This document shows positions 13,801-26,342 of a stretch of DNA of 64,000 nt, piece by piece. Where the stretch lies: positions 11,650,716-11,714,715 of the forward strand of contig CP154954.1 of the NCBI GenBank assembly GCA_039621445.1. The letters are read 5' to 3'. The notes below the pieces were generated by a model, which saw only the letters and a program-made list of their open reading frames with translations, had not been told where the DNA came from and searched no databases. The translations under genes and the position numbers were made by a program. Origin of the DNA: Euglena gracilis. Lineage: Eukaryota. The first letter of the stretch is position 1. Each line of letters begins with the position of its first letter.

Positions 13801-15991
13801 CCCAAAATAGCACCCAAAAAAACCCTTTTGGGGTCATTCTTTGTACTCTCTCGCGAAATCTAGCATTTTCGGAGGCCAGATGATCCAGAGTCGATTTTTT
13901 TCCCATGATTTGTTGTCAGAGATTGATATTTTTACCTACATTTTCAGACAACACATTGACGGGTCGAACCCCGGGTTGTCGGCCCGAGATTGGGGGGGGA
14001 CTCGGTCGCTGAAGTCGGACCCCGAGGGGGGGGGGGGGGAATTATTTGGGGGGGGTATTATTCGGGGGGGGGGGGGATCATTTGGGGGGAGGGCTGATTA
14101 TATGCATGTTTGCTGGTAGGCAAGACGTTTCACCAGCCTTGGGGCCTGCCCGGCCAGGTAGGTCAACTGATACGTCCGCGGCCAGAGGCTGGCGTAGTTT
14201 GGGGGCCCCGGGCCAAACGCAGCATATGAGAGGAAGGTGGTGTTGGGGTACAGCGGGGCCATTTCCGCTGGCACGCTTTGGCAAGAGGCGGAGAAGTTCA
14301 ATTGACGGAGGGTGAATCAGGTTTCTTTTTTAAGGAAAGTTGCATTTGGGAGGCAGCTGGGAACGGCACTTTCGACCCCCCCGGGGGGTAGGTCCGGTTT
14401 TGGGGAGGGTAGTTCCATAGCACACCCCCAAAGGACCAAAAAGGACATTTTCCAAAGGAAAGTTGGCTGGGTCGGCAGGCATCCCCCCCACGGGGGATGT
14501 GCTTGCTATGGGCAGGCACCACCTCATAGCACCCCCCTCTCCCCGGGGCTAGTAAAAAGAAGCCTGGGGTGGATGCAGCTTTAAAGCGATGGCAACCCGT
14601 ATATGGGTAAATGGGCAACCCGTTTCACCGCAGGTCATCCGTTTTTTGTGGATTGTAAATCATCCCAAAAAGAAGGATGTTTTTTGTTTCAGTTAATTTT
14701 AATGTTCAATCTTTTACTTATACGATCATTTGTGTGTGTTTATGTATGCATATGCCTGTATGCGTGCATGCATGTGTCTGTGCCTGTGTGTGTGTGTGTG
14801 TCTCTCTCTCTGTGTGTGCGTGTGTGTGTGGGTGTGGGTGTGGGTGTGGGTGTGGGTGTGGGTGTGGATGTGGGTGTGGGTGTGGGTGTGGGTGTGGGTG
14901 TGGTGTGTGAAGTTCTGAAGTTCTTGAGCCTTTAGGTGCAATAGGGTTGCAATATCCCAGCCTTGTCGAAATATGCCACTTTGATGTTTTTTTTATAAAA
15001 GACCCCGGGGTGTGAACCCACTGAAACACTGACCCGCCCACTTTCGAGTGCCCCTGGGGGCTTTGGGGGTCGAAAACATTTAGGTTCTCTGTACAGAAGA
15101 TAAAGGAAACAAGGTGGTGGTACTTGGTTTGACCCCTCCCCCCTCTGGGGTTGGGGGCCGGGTCGGCGTCAGAGGTCGATTTGGAGTCGGGCCGAGACAA
15201 AGCACCTTTCCTGGGTTAGCTACCTCAAAAAACCTTTGATTCCATCAGCATCTCAGCATTGGCGGAAGCGTGAGGACAAAGCAGCGCTGAAACACCACGC
15301 TGCCGATGAGGAAATCCACCCCCGCCGCGGCGATGGGGGCGAACTGGGGGTCGCACTCCCCGTTTTCGACTGTGATGTGGACCATCACAACGCCAGGTGT
15401 TGACTGGCAAGGAGTGAGACCAGACACCAGCAGGGGGGGAGGCACAAGACAGCCCGGGACTTCAAGCAGACACCTGCCTGTGGCTTGTGTTGATGTTGCA
15501 AACTGAGTCTCAGAGATCTGCCATTCAAAAACCCCAAAATACTTACCCCAGGTGTTCCACGGGGCTTTAGGAGGAGAGGGTAAAGGTGCTTAGTTATGGG
15601 TATAAAACAACTTAAGACCCCTTAGGGCCACAAACGTCCCCCTGCCATTCACAGGCATATATATGCATATGTATGTATACATACATATGTGTATATACAT
15701 ACATATACATACATACATACTTAAACTCATACATATCCATACATATGCATATTTGCATATACATACACAAAAGCATGTGCATATACATATCCACATCCAT
15801 ATCCATGTACATATCCATATCCATACCCATATACATGTCCATATACATATGCACACACACATCCACATACCTGTACATATACATATCCACATACATATAC
15901 ATATACATGTACATATACATAAACATATGCGTGTACATATACGTATACATATACATATACATGTACATATACATATACATATGCATATACG

Positions 15992-16089
<98 letters not shown>

Positions 16090-17699
16090 GACATAGACAT
16101 ATACGTTACATATACATAAACATGTACATATAGATAGATATACATATGCACATGCATATACGTGTGCGTATGCGGGTACATACACATATGCGGACAACGT
16201 ACCCAGATCCACGAGAATACATTTACACCCCTGTGTCACAATTTCTTTTTAACAAAGAGACCCAGTGCAGGATACTTCTCGGAAAGCTCGTTCTGCAAAT
16301 TGATCCGGGCAATGTTACTCCGAAAAATGAAGCCGAAATCTCACAGGTCTCCTGTCCATACGAAGGCAAACCGGAAGTCCCGCGCGTTGCACGGTAATGC
16401 CAGCTCCGGGTGGCAAGCTGTGTGCGAAGCCCAATACACCAGCAGTACACAAGCAAATAATCCATGTCAAACAGCAACCAATTAAAAATGCACGGTTTCC
16501 TATCATATTCCTATCGTACCTCCAAGCCCAAAGTGCCCCTTGACACTTTCATACTTCAAAATGACAAACCCGGTGGGGACAGCAGATTTATAAAACCTCC
16601 CCAATAGCAACCCTTCGATCCATTATTTGGACACTTCAAGGGTCTGGGGGGCTCATAACTTGGGGGGGAATTATTTGGGCTAAATTTTCGAAATCAAAAG
16701 CTGGGTCAAAAAAAAATGCCTCAACCAGGGCGTTGTTTAAAGACCCCCCAGGGGGTGTTCAGCTCTGGGGCTGGAAAATCTGGGCTGGCCGGAAAAAGGT
16801 GGAGGCCTGGAACTATGCCCAACCTAAGGTCGAACCAACTGCTAAAAAAATCAAAACTGCACAAATGACCCAAAAATTATCAGAAAATCGATTTTTTTTT
16901 GACCATGAATTTGCCCTGGCCAGCCCAAAAATCGACCCATTTTGCCCATTTTTCGGACACCTTTTGCATCACCCAAAAAAAGAAAAAAGACAAAGAATTT
17001 TCCGTCGAACCAGTGGAACTCATTGAGGAAGGGAATGGAAAAAATTGCATGAAATTTTGGAAATTGCAGAAACCACAGGAATCAACCCCCCCCCTGCGGT
17101 GCGGCCAAACTAGCCCAAATCAGGGCTGTCATGGCCATCACTGCAGTGGGGCTCCCAGTCAACACAAAATTCCACCGCATTTCCAACATTTTGCCACAGG
17201 AAAGCATTACTTTCGGGATGTCATGAATTGCGGCGTTCAAAAACAAGAGCCTCCCAAGGCGTCGCTTAAGGACCCCAGGGGGGAGTCCAGGTCAATTGCT
17301 GGAAAATTTGGGCTGGCTAGAAAAAAGCTGCTGACTCCCCTCCACCTCATTGGGGTCCCCCGGCTAGAGTTAGGCCAAACCTGGTCTGACTGGGTCCCAA
17401 AATTGAAACTAAAAAAAATACTCAACAAATACAAATTGTGACCCCAAACCTGCTCTGGCCAGCCCTTCTCCAACCCATTTTCGCACCTCCAAAAGCCAAA
17501 AATCTGCAACCTCGGAGGGGGGGTCCGAGGCTGGATAAACTGGCACCCCCCCGGGGGGGGAAGGGGTGCCAGTCCTGACCACCCCCCCAAGCCAAAAACA
17601 ACCGACTACTTTGCCCAGGGTCCTGGCCCAGACTACGGCAGGGTGCAGCCCGGCTACGAGCACTGCCAGCAGGAGGAAGGGGACCAGACTCCCATGCAT
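1182..17699 (-). CDS. Multi-exon gene for a putative signal-anchored or secreted protein of unknown function (5' exons well supported, 3' exon assignment tentative)
   Basis: Exons 17699-17629, 16437-16358, 15505-15474 and 15403-~15260 join in frame to [96 protein letters not shown] (hydrophobic N-terminus). The joins use two stem-paired introns and one GT-AG intron (15404-15473). Further GC-rich exon-like blocks: 12167-12116/11849-11785 (in frame), ~10190-9950, ~7180-7010, ~5908-5802, ~4910-4770, ~4380-4250, ~3140-3046, ~1310-1182 (stop). That all belong to one gene is an inference. Confidence 0.55.
1452..1638. mobile_element. Truncated TTAGGG-containing MITE in TA microsatellite
   Basis: Shares the core 'gtcaaaatag...ttaatgatggaatagggttaggtgcgcgacttagggttagggttaggcctaacttatagacgggtgtt' with the copies at 21091, 21676 and 58584; flanked by (TA)n. 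Confidence 0.7.
1933..2374. mobile_element. hAT-like MITE (cttaag-type termini)
   Basis: TIR cagggcgttgctgaag / cttaagcaacaccctg (14/16); 8-bp TSD ctcctgat (1925-1932) / ctcctgac (2375-2382). Confidence 0.75.
3193..3702. mobile_element. hAT-like MITE, family B
   Basis: Ends cgggctgg / acagcctg; exact 8-bp TSD gtccacag (3185-3192, 3703-3710); termini shared with 28841-28956. Confidence 0.8.
4514..4720. mobile_element. hAT-like MITE, family A (diverged)
   Basis: caggggtttttcttaagaccgggggg...aaaaaactccta; interior similar to 11855, 29476 and 34322 copies; TSD not retained. Confidence 0.6.
10779..10876. repeat. Diverged orphan copy (~1.3 monomers) of the 77-bp satellite
   Basis: tttgttattttgggaccctgggacggttgagcaacaaaagggattt...aacacaagggattttgttattttgggg aligns with the 38156-41198 monomer. 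Confidence 0.75.
11855..12112. mobile_element. Family A MITE forming the body of putative nonconventional intron 11850-12115
   Basis: caggggttttttttaag...ccacgactaaaaaaaccctg; removing 11850-12115 on the minus strand gives an open junction ...[31 protein letters not shown]. Confidence 0.65.
15506..16357 (-). other. Nonconventional (non GT-AG) intron containing a (TACATA)n microsatellite
   Basis: Begins GGA-CAGGAGACCTG, ends CAGATCTCTG-AGACT; ends are complementary; removal gives in-frame [15 protein letters not shown]. Confidence 0.7.
16438..17628 (-). other. Nonconventional intron with nested repeats
   Basis: Begins GGC-CAGGACCCTGGGCAAA, ends TTTGCTTGTGTACTG-CTGGT; imperfect stem; removal gives in-frame AVV-W-YWASH. 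Confidence 0.65.
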
Positions 17700-20600
17700 T
17701 CCGGGGATCCCCGTGGGCGGGAACGGAACTGTGGAGAGAATGGGGTTTGGGACCGCAGGGAATGAGTGGCGCACGGCGGTTAACGGCGGGGGTCAGCTCT
17801 CTCTCGCCTCTCGCACTCTGATGGTGGCCGTTTGTGGGGCCGTGTTCTCTGCAGCCTGCTGCAATGGGATACACTCGCGCCGACGAGCTCCCTGTTGACA
17901 CGTTTTCCTGGGCAGTTGCGGGCACAGAGATTCACCATCCTTCATAGCTGGTTTGCTATCGCAGCCAACTGCATCCAGCATCAAATGAAACTGCCTTGCT
18001 GGAGGTTAACAGCTCCGACGTTTTGAATCTGAAATTCGGGGTTTTGGGGATAATTTTCAGGTAAAAAAATTCACTGCCATCTGGCGCGTTGCACCGTCAG
18101 CGCCGTAAACTCGATAATTCTTACCTCTGGATTTTCGCTCGGTCGGCCCAGGAGATTAGTATACTCTGGGGGGGGGGGTCTAACCTTGGGGGGGTTAAGC
18201 CCACAAACCGTGGCTGAAGGGGTCTGGGGAAGGATGGATATTGATATTGGGTTTAGGTGGGGTCCCGATAAATTTGGATAGATTGACACCCCGATATCCT
18301 CGATAAAAGTCGATAAAACTGATATGACCACTTTGTGCCCCGATATCCTAATTTTTCTGATTTGGAGAATCCTAAAAACGCCCCAAAAAAACAAACCAGC
18401 AGAACCCCCCCCCAATAAAGCCAACATTTCACAATATTTTTTCGGGACCTGATAAATTCAAGATCGTCAATAAGGCTGATGATATGGGCCGATATCCAAT
18501 ACCCATCCTTGGTCCGGGAGGCGAATAAGACAATCTGCGTCGCGGAGGCTGCAACTTCGAGGCACGAGTGGTGCCAGGCACGGTGGCCGGGGACAGTCAC
18601 GAGGGGAGGGTGGAGGGGGTCGGCAAGGGGTCGGTAATTACATCATGCGGCAGTCGAGGTTGTGACCTCGCGCAGGCCAAGCCCACCTCCCCCGGATGTC
18701 ATAAACCCATCAAACCCGTCAATCCAGACAGCTGACATTTTACCAAAAATAAATAAATAAAAATGACTAAAGACTCCCACACTTAAATTAGAAAAATATG
18801 CTGCATGAAATTTGGAGGAAAAAACCGAAAATAAAACGCCTGCAAAATAAATGCAAAAGACCTTCGTATTTATTCACATTTTTTTCTGGTGGGAAAACTA
18901 AGGTACAGAATGATCCTTTTCTAATGAAATGCACATGGGTAATGAACAGTGCATCAGATCATCGAACTCCGAAGTTATGAAAAGAATGGAATATGTACCA
19001 GGAAAATGCTGTCCACAAATATGAAAAGAATATGCCCAGAAAAATAGTGCAAGATATGTTGCAGAATTTTGAAGTTTTTGTCAATCATTGCCTCATGGAT
19101 AATGGGCTGAACTCCCTGGAGAAATGCGAGATATTCTTCGATCAAGAAGTCGGCCCTCAGGGCTTCTCATGCATTTCTATCAACCTCCGGTCAGACCATT
19201 GGGGGAGGGGGGGTCAGCCAGTGGCTTATCTCCAGGTGTCCCTGCCTCTCCTCCCCCAGGTCTGAAACAGAAGCCCAGACCCCCACGCCAACATGCACCC
19301 TCCCAAAGGTGCGCCCCTTCAAAACCCCTCCCCCCTCCTCCACTCTGGTCCAGTCGGGTGTTTTGGGCCGCCGGTGGCCGATGCCGTCAGGCTGGTCTGG
19401 TGGGGGGGGGCACACTGGGAAAACTTGTTCCAGGTCATTGCAAGGGATGGGGCCCAATTCAGGTCATGGTGACTGGTGTGCCGGATTTGCCGGATTTGCT
19501 GGAATTGCCGAATTTGCCAGATTTTGCTGGATTTTGCCGGATTTGTAGGAGATCAGGAATAATTTAGGCTCCATTGGGCAGAAAAAGAGGCCGGAAAACC
19601 TTTCGAACCAAACTGCCAGCCAAACCTCATCCCTAAATCGGCCCAATCTTCGGTTCGCCAATCCTAATTTTAACCCCTTTCCTAACAATAAGCACGCACC
19701 CTCCCAGAACCCAACAAAAGTCGACCAAAAATCTGGCAAATTCCCGGGGGCCGTGGAACCCCCCAAAAATGGGAAACACGTCGCGACTGCCCCCCCCCAC
19801 CCGGTAAATGACCAACGACCCCTCGGGTGTGGGGGGGGGGGTTGCCGCTCGGCATAAAACCTTCTTGAAACAACAGCACTTTTTCTCGAACGGGAAAACA
19901 CCAGAAAACTTCTTAAGATAAGCCACAATGGCACTCCCACCCTCCTGTTGTCCCACTAACCTGCTCCCCGGAACCGGATCAGACAATAAGGGGGGGGGGG
20001 ACAATAATGGATAATTGGACCAGACAAAAAAAACCTTCCGTCGGCAGGGACCCAGGGACAATAAGGGGGGGAGGAGTGGTAATTGACACAGCTGGGGGAC
20101 CTCACTGTGACAGTTTTCAAGCAAAAATATTTTCTTGAAAAATAGGAGAGGTCACCGCCAGAGGTCTTGTACACAAATGGCTTGTCTGTGGCATAACCGT
20201 TGGCGCGTTGGTGCTGCTGGCCAAAGGTCATCAGCAGGGTTCAATATTTAAGGTGGGGGGGTCAAAACCCCGCCTCCGGTCAAGGAAGGGGTGGGGACAG
20301 TCGGTCTAAGTGACTGTTTTTTGAGAAAAATTTTGCCTCCAAAAATCGTCCAAAAAAGCTATTTTGGCAAAAACTTGCCAAAATGAAAAAAAAAAACTAT
20401 CAGCACAAAAAATGTGAGATTTTTGGAGGCGGTCCCGGGTACCTAATCCAAATCCCCTTCCGGTTCACGGGGAACCCCCCCCCTCTAACCCATCCACCAT
20501 ATTATACCAAACCCTGGTCATCAGCTGAGACACCAGATCCACCACCGTGCCCTTCGCAAATAATTCTGCGCCAGAATGGGCACCGCCAGCATTTTGATAA

Positions 20601-20954
20601 GCATCAATCAAAATTGAGAAACATCTTGGGGTGATGCAGTTTAATAGAGAATTAAAAAACGCACTGGTGACAGAACAGGGGAAAAGATAAAAGGTGCGTG
20701 CATGCATGTGTGTGCATGCATACATACATGCACATGCACAAACATGTGCATATACATACACATACACAGACATATGCACATATACATATACATACATATA
20801 TCCTATATACATATACATATACATATACATGTGCAGAGACATATACATATACATACAGATACATATACAGACATATACATATACAGAGACATATACATAG
20901 ACATATACAGAGACATATACATAGACAGAGACATACAGACATATACATATACAG

Positions 20955-21031
<77 letters not shown>

Positions 21032-21090
21032 CAAACATATACATATACATATACTATACATATACATATACACATACATATACATATACA

Positions 21091-21374
21091 TGGCAGCCAT
21101 AATCTACATGCCCCCCCCGGGGGGGCCATGTAGATTATCCAGGGGGTCAAAATAGTTTTTTTTTTCGTTAATGATGGAATAGGGTTAGGTGCGCGACTTA
21201 GGGTTAGGGTTAGGCCTAACTTATAGACGGGTGTTCCGTACAAGTTAGACCTAACCCTAAGCCTAAGTCGCGCACCTAACCTTATCCCATCATTACCTCA
21301 AAAAAAAGGCCCCCCCCCTGGAAACACTCCATGCCCCCCCGGGGGGGGGGGGGGCATGTAGATTATGGCTGCCA
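21091..21374. mobile_element. TTAGGG-containing palindromic MITE
   Basis: Perfect TIR tggcagccataatctacatgcccccccc / ggggggggcatgtagattatggctgcca; internal ttagggttagggttagg; inserted in (TACATA)n. Confidence 0.85.
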
Positions 21375-21382
21375 TATACATG

Positions 21383-21449
<67 letters not shown>

Positions 21450-21589
21450 GCATGTGCATATGCATATACATATACATGTAAACCCCCAAACATAAAGCCC
21501 CAAATATATATGTATGTATATACACATATACATATACATATACAGATACAGAGACAGAGACAGAGACAGATATACATATACATATACAG

Positions 21590-21661
<72 letters not shown>

Positions 21662-21675
21662 CATATACATATACA

Positions 21676-21954
21676 TGGCAGCCCGAAACTACTGGCCCCC
21701 CCGGGGGGGCCCAGTAGTTAATCCGGGGGGTCAAAATAATTTTTTTGCGTTAATGATGGAATAGGGTTAGGTGCGCGACTTAGGCTTATGGTTAGGCCTA
21801 ACTTGTACACCGAACACCCGTCTATAAATTAGGCCTAACCCTAACCCTAAGTCGCGCACCTAACCCTATTCCATCATTAACGCAAAAAACTATTTTGACC
21901 CCCTGGATAATCTACATGGCCCCCCCCGGGGGGGCCAGTAGTTTCGGGCTGCCA
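21676..21954. mobile_element. TTAGGG-containing palindromic MITE
   Basis: Perfect TIR tggcagcccgaaactactggccccccc / gggggggccagtagtttcgggctgcca; internal cctaaccctaaccctaa; inserted in (TACATA)n. Confidence 0.85.
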
Positions 21955-22009
21955 TATACATATACATATACATCATATACATATACACATACATGTACAT
22001 ATACATATT

Positions 22010-22078
<69 letters not shown>

Positions 22079-22749
22079 CATATACATATACACATACATG
22101 TACATATACATATTCATAAACATATACATATGCATATGCACATAAATATGCATGTAAACTCCCAAATATAAAGCCCCCACCCAGGCTTTACATTTGGACG
22201 GAATTTCAAGACCCTCAGCGGGGGCTTAAAATGGGGGGGGGGGCTTCATATTCGGGGGAGGAAATCAAACTTTTGCGGGTGGCCTCTATGACCTTCAGCA
22301 GCTTTCAATTGTGGCCAAATACCAATTTTATGCCAAATTTTCGTTGTGTACTTCCTATTTTTCGCAGAAATGTGCAATTCTTCTCCAAAACGGAGCATTT
22401 CCGGTGAAAAAAAAGTTGTATCCACCCAAAATTTTCCACTTTTAGTGAAGAACACAAGTGTCTGGCTCCACGTCAGGGGGGAGGGGGAGCTTTATATTTG
22501 GGCGGCAAAACAAAACCCCCTTGGAGGGGGTTTATATTGTTGGGGGGCGGGGGCTTTACATTTGGGGGTTACATACGGCAATATGATCGCAACGGCAACA
22601 AAAGAATGAGGATATTATACGGTCTGATAATTGATGGGCAAAAGGAAAATCCACAGGCAAGGAATGGTCCAAATCAAACTAAATTCATAAAAACATGTCA
22701 TGTGGTGGTATGCTTTTGGGGAACGAAAACGAGTACCGGGAAAAAATGA

Positions 22750-23670
22750 AGGACGGGGCCGCATCCTGCCTGTGGGCCTCCAGGAGGCCCGGGGCGGGGT
22801 ACTTGGTGCGGAGGGCGGAGAGGTTGGCGAGGCAGAAGGGGTGGGTGTTGAACACCTTGGAGCAGGTCCCTGCCATGCCACTGCTGACAGCCGCAGCCAA
22901 AAACCCCCTGCCCGATATGATATATACAAGATATATGTATGTATGTAAATATCCATGTGCACATACATATTTATCATACATATGATATATTCCATTTATG
23001 CATATTCTATCATATATATCTCATATTGTACATATCATATCATATCATATCATATCATATCATATCATATCATATCATATCATATCATATCATATCATAT
23101 CATATCATATCATATCATATCATATCACACCATATCATATCACATCGTATCATATCATATGGTATCATATCATATCATGTCACATCATATCATATATATA
23201 ATATGTACAGAAAACACAAAAAGACAGAATTTTAGCCCCGGGGGAGACCAAAATCCTCAAGGAGGCCACACTCTCAAGGGAAAATTCGGTCCAAAATGCA
23301 AAAATTCTCAAGGTGGGTGAGTATCTCAGCAGAATTCTAAAATTGCCCCCCAAAAGACATAAAAAAAGCAAAAATAAACCCCCCGCAAACTTTGCCAAAT
23401 TTTTTTAAAAAAATAGGAAAGAAACAGGGAGGATGCGCTCCCCCCTGGGCACCCTAAAGGCTTGGTGGCTCATGCAATGAAGCACGGTCTCCACCTCCAC
23501 CTGGAGATCCTGAGGCCTGCAAAAACAAAAGTCAAGGTAGGAAAGCACAAAAGCAGAACTGTCACAACCCAAAAGGAAAACCCCCAAAGGCATCATTTTC
23601 ACAAAACCAGGCGGCCTTATAGAGGAGATAGAGGAGATAAACAGCACCCTTCAGAGTCACGCATACGCAA

Positions 23671-23701
<31 letters not shown>

Positions 23702-25722
23702 CACCACACAAGTACACATGTGCACACGTACAAGCACCTTCGGTCAACCACCCCTTTGGGCCCCGCATCGCCCTGCATCGCCCTGCATCGCCCTAACCCC
23801 CCCCAATTAGAAGCCCCCCGGGGCTACTATTCGGTCACTCTGCGGAAAACCCGAGGGGGGGGGGGCTTCTAATTGGGTACCCTTTGTTTAAAGGAAAAAC
23901 TTCGGCCGGCGGTCGATCCGGGGATCGAACGGGGTCCAAGTTTAAAAAATTGCAAGACACATTTATTCTAGTTTTTGGGTGGATAGGCCCCAAATAACAC
24001 CCCCCCCCCCAAATAGAAGCCCCCCCCCCTCAGGTTTCCCGCCAAAAATCCAAATAACAGCCCCCCCCCCCCGGCGAAGCCGGGGGGAAATTTGACGAAA
24101 AAATTTCCGAAAAATGGTGAAAAACTCGAAAATTTTCCACGAAAAAAGGTCGACATTGGGAACAAAAGTGATATCTAGTATCCTTGAAACATTGCCTATA
24201 ACCGAAGACCAAAGTTCCTAGCCCGAACCTCAGGCAACCCCCAGGCAACCTTACAGTCAACCACCAGGCAACCATCAGGCACATCCACACAAAATCCTCG
24301 TTGCTCACACTTTGCATCGGCCACACTACAAAAGAGCATGCAGCACACAGGGAATACCTCCCAGTTTCATGTCTTGGGAAGTCCTCCATTTTTCCAGCTG
24401 TTTGTCTGAGGCCACCAGATATTCTTCAACCATTTTTCCTGAGTCCGTTTTTTTTTTGCACATCCTTTCCCACAGCAGCTCAGGAGGTAATTTCCTTGAT
24501 GGACCCTCAAATGCACCGCGTCTGGGCTTGGCAGCTGTCCTGCCGTTCCCATGGTGGAGGCAGGAAGAGTAACGGCACAGAGTCAGTCACGGTGAGGTGA
24601 AGGTTAGTGTCAGGGTCAAGGTGACAGCACTGTCAATGACAGTGTCACTGGGCCTCTGCCCTCTCGAGCTTGTCCAAACACCCCTGGCACACTGCCACGC
24701 GGGTGGGGGGCAGGGCATCCATCGGCTGCAGCCGTTTGCTGTACACAAAGCGGCATGCGACTCGTGTAGGAATCAGGCACACAAATACAGCAGGGGCACT
24801 GGAAGGGTACTGCAAACACAACCACCTCACCCTCCAGCACCCGCAGCTCCTCCAGCCGGTCCCACCGCTGCCTCTCCAGCAGCAGCAACCACTGCCGGTC
24901 GTGCTTCTCCCGACCACGCAGCTTCCTCCACTGAAGGAGAGGACGCTGGTCAGCAAAGGCTTTTGGGGGTCACACTCACCGGGGGTCCCGCTTCTTGGCC
25001 TCCAGCCAAACTTCCTCGACATCCAACTCGCGACTTTGTGTATTAAATTCGCGGCTCGTTGGATGCCAATCCTTCCAAAGGCGCAGTATGCGCACCCCTA
25101 CAAGCATCCTCGGATTCACATGCCCTAAAAACATCCACGGATGCACATGATCATGCACATGCCTACAACCGCCACTACAGTCGCCCGTTTATCCCACAAC
25201 TTAAGATTCCCCCCATAACCTCCCTCTCCCACGGGAGCATCCACTCCAGGGAGTCACTCAGGGAAGGCCAGACGAGCCAGGGAGGAACATCGTCGACTCA
25301 GGTACGAAGCAAGCACCAATGTGGAGGCTGTACGCAGGTATGCAGCAGGGGCACGATACCTTCGGCTCCAGGGGAGTCACACACCTCCCGGAGGGGGACA
25401 GAGAGGTCCAGCACGGCAGCAGAGGCAGAGGCACGGGCAGACATAAAGGGCAGGCTGGAGTGGTCTGCGGGGGAGGGAGGGACGAGACAACAGAGGTGTA
25501 CCCAGCAGTATGGGCCCAAATATGGACCCCACTTCAGCCATCCAAAATCCCCGCATCCAAAAAATCCAAAAAAAATCCCCGCATCGCCCTGCATCGCCCT
25601 GCATCGCCCTGCATCGGAACCCCACCTTTGGCCTCCAAAATTCCCGCATCGCCCTGCATCGCCCTGCATCGCCCTGCATCGCCCTGCATCGCCGAAGGTG
25701 CTTGCACACGTACACACACACG

Positions 25723-25789
<67 letters not shown>

Positions 25790-26255
25790 GCATAGACACA
25801 ATTCATGCGCGCATACAGGCTCATGCATACGCAAACACGCACACACCCAAACACGCCCGCACGCACATGCACACACACACACATAGACAGACACACAACA
25901 GAACACAGCTTTGCCAGACTGCTTTTGACTGATATTGAAAGGAGGGGTGAGCCTTGGTGAGGACGTTTACAAGAGGTAGGAGGGCAATGAGTCAGGCAGG
26001 AGGGAAATGGGTCAGTTCTGCCAGAGTGCCTCGATGGCGTGCCCAGGTGCGTTTGGCACGCGCTTTACCCCATTCCGGTGGTGATTTGCCTCATTTAAAA
26101 ATGAACCCGACTCAAACTCACAAACGAACATGAACGACGCACACAAAGCACACCAACGTCAACAAAACACATTGCAGACAACACCTACACCCACACACAC
26201 ACCCACACCCACACCCACACATACACATACACCCACACCCACCCACCCACCCACC

Positions 26256-26342
<87 letters not shown>

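Larger units (their letters stand above)
20690..22150. repeat. (TACATA)n-type microsatellite tract interrupted by MITEs
   Basis: Directly visible. Similar simple repeats at 690-970, 1640-1895, 14730-14905, 15655-16190, 23030-23195 (CATAT), 35220-35345 (CT), 48800-48990 (CT/GT), 56170-56310, 58330-58583. Confidence 0.95.

Noticed and set aside
21178-21270. Telomere or chromosome end
   Set aside because: Only 2-3 TTAGGG units, inside a TIR-bounded dispersed element
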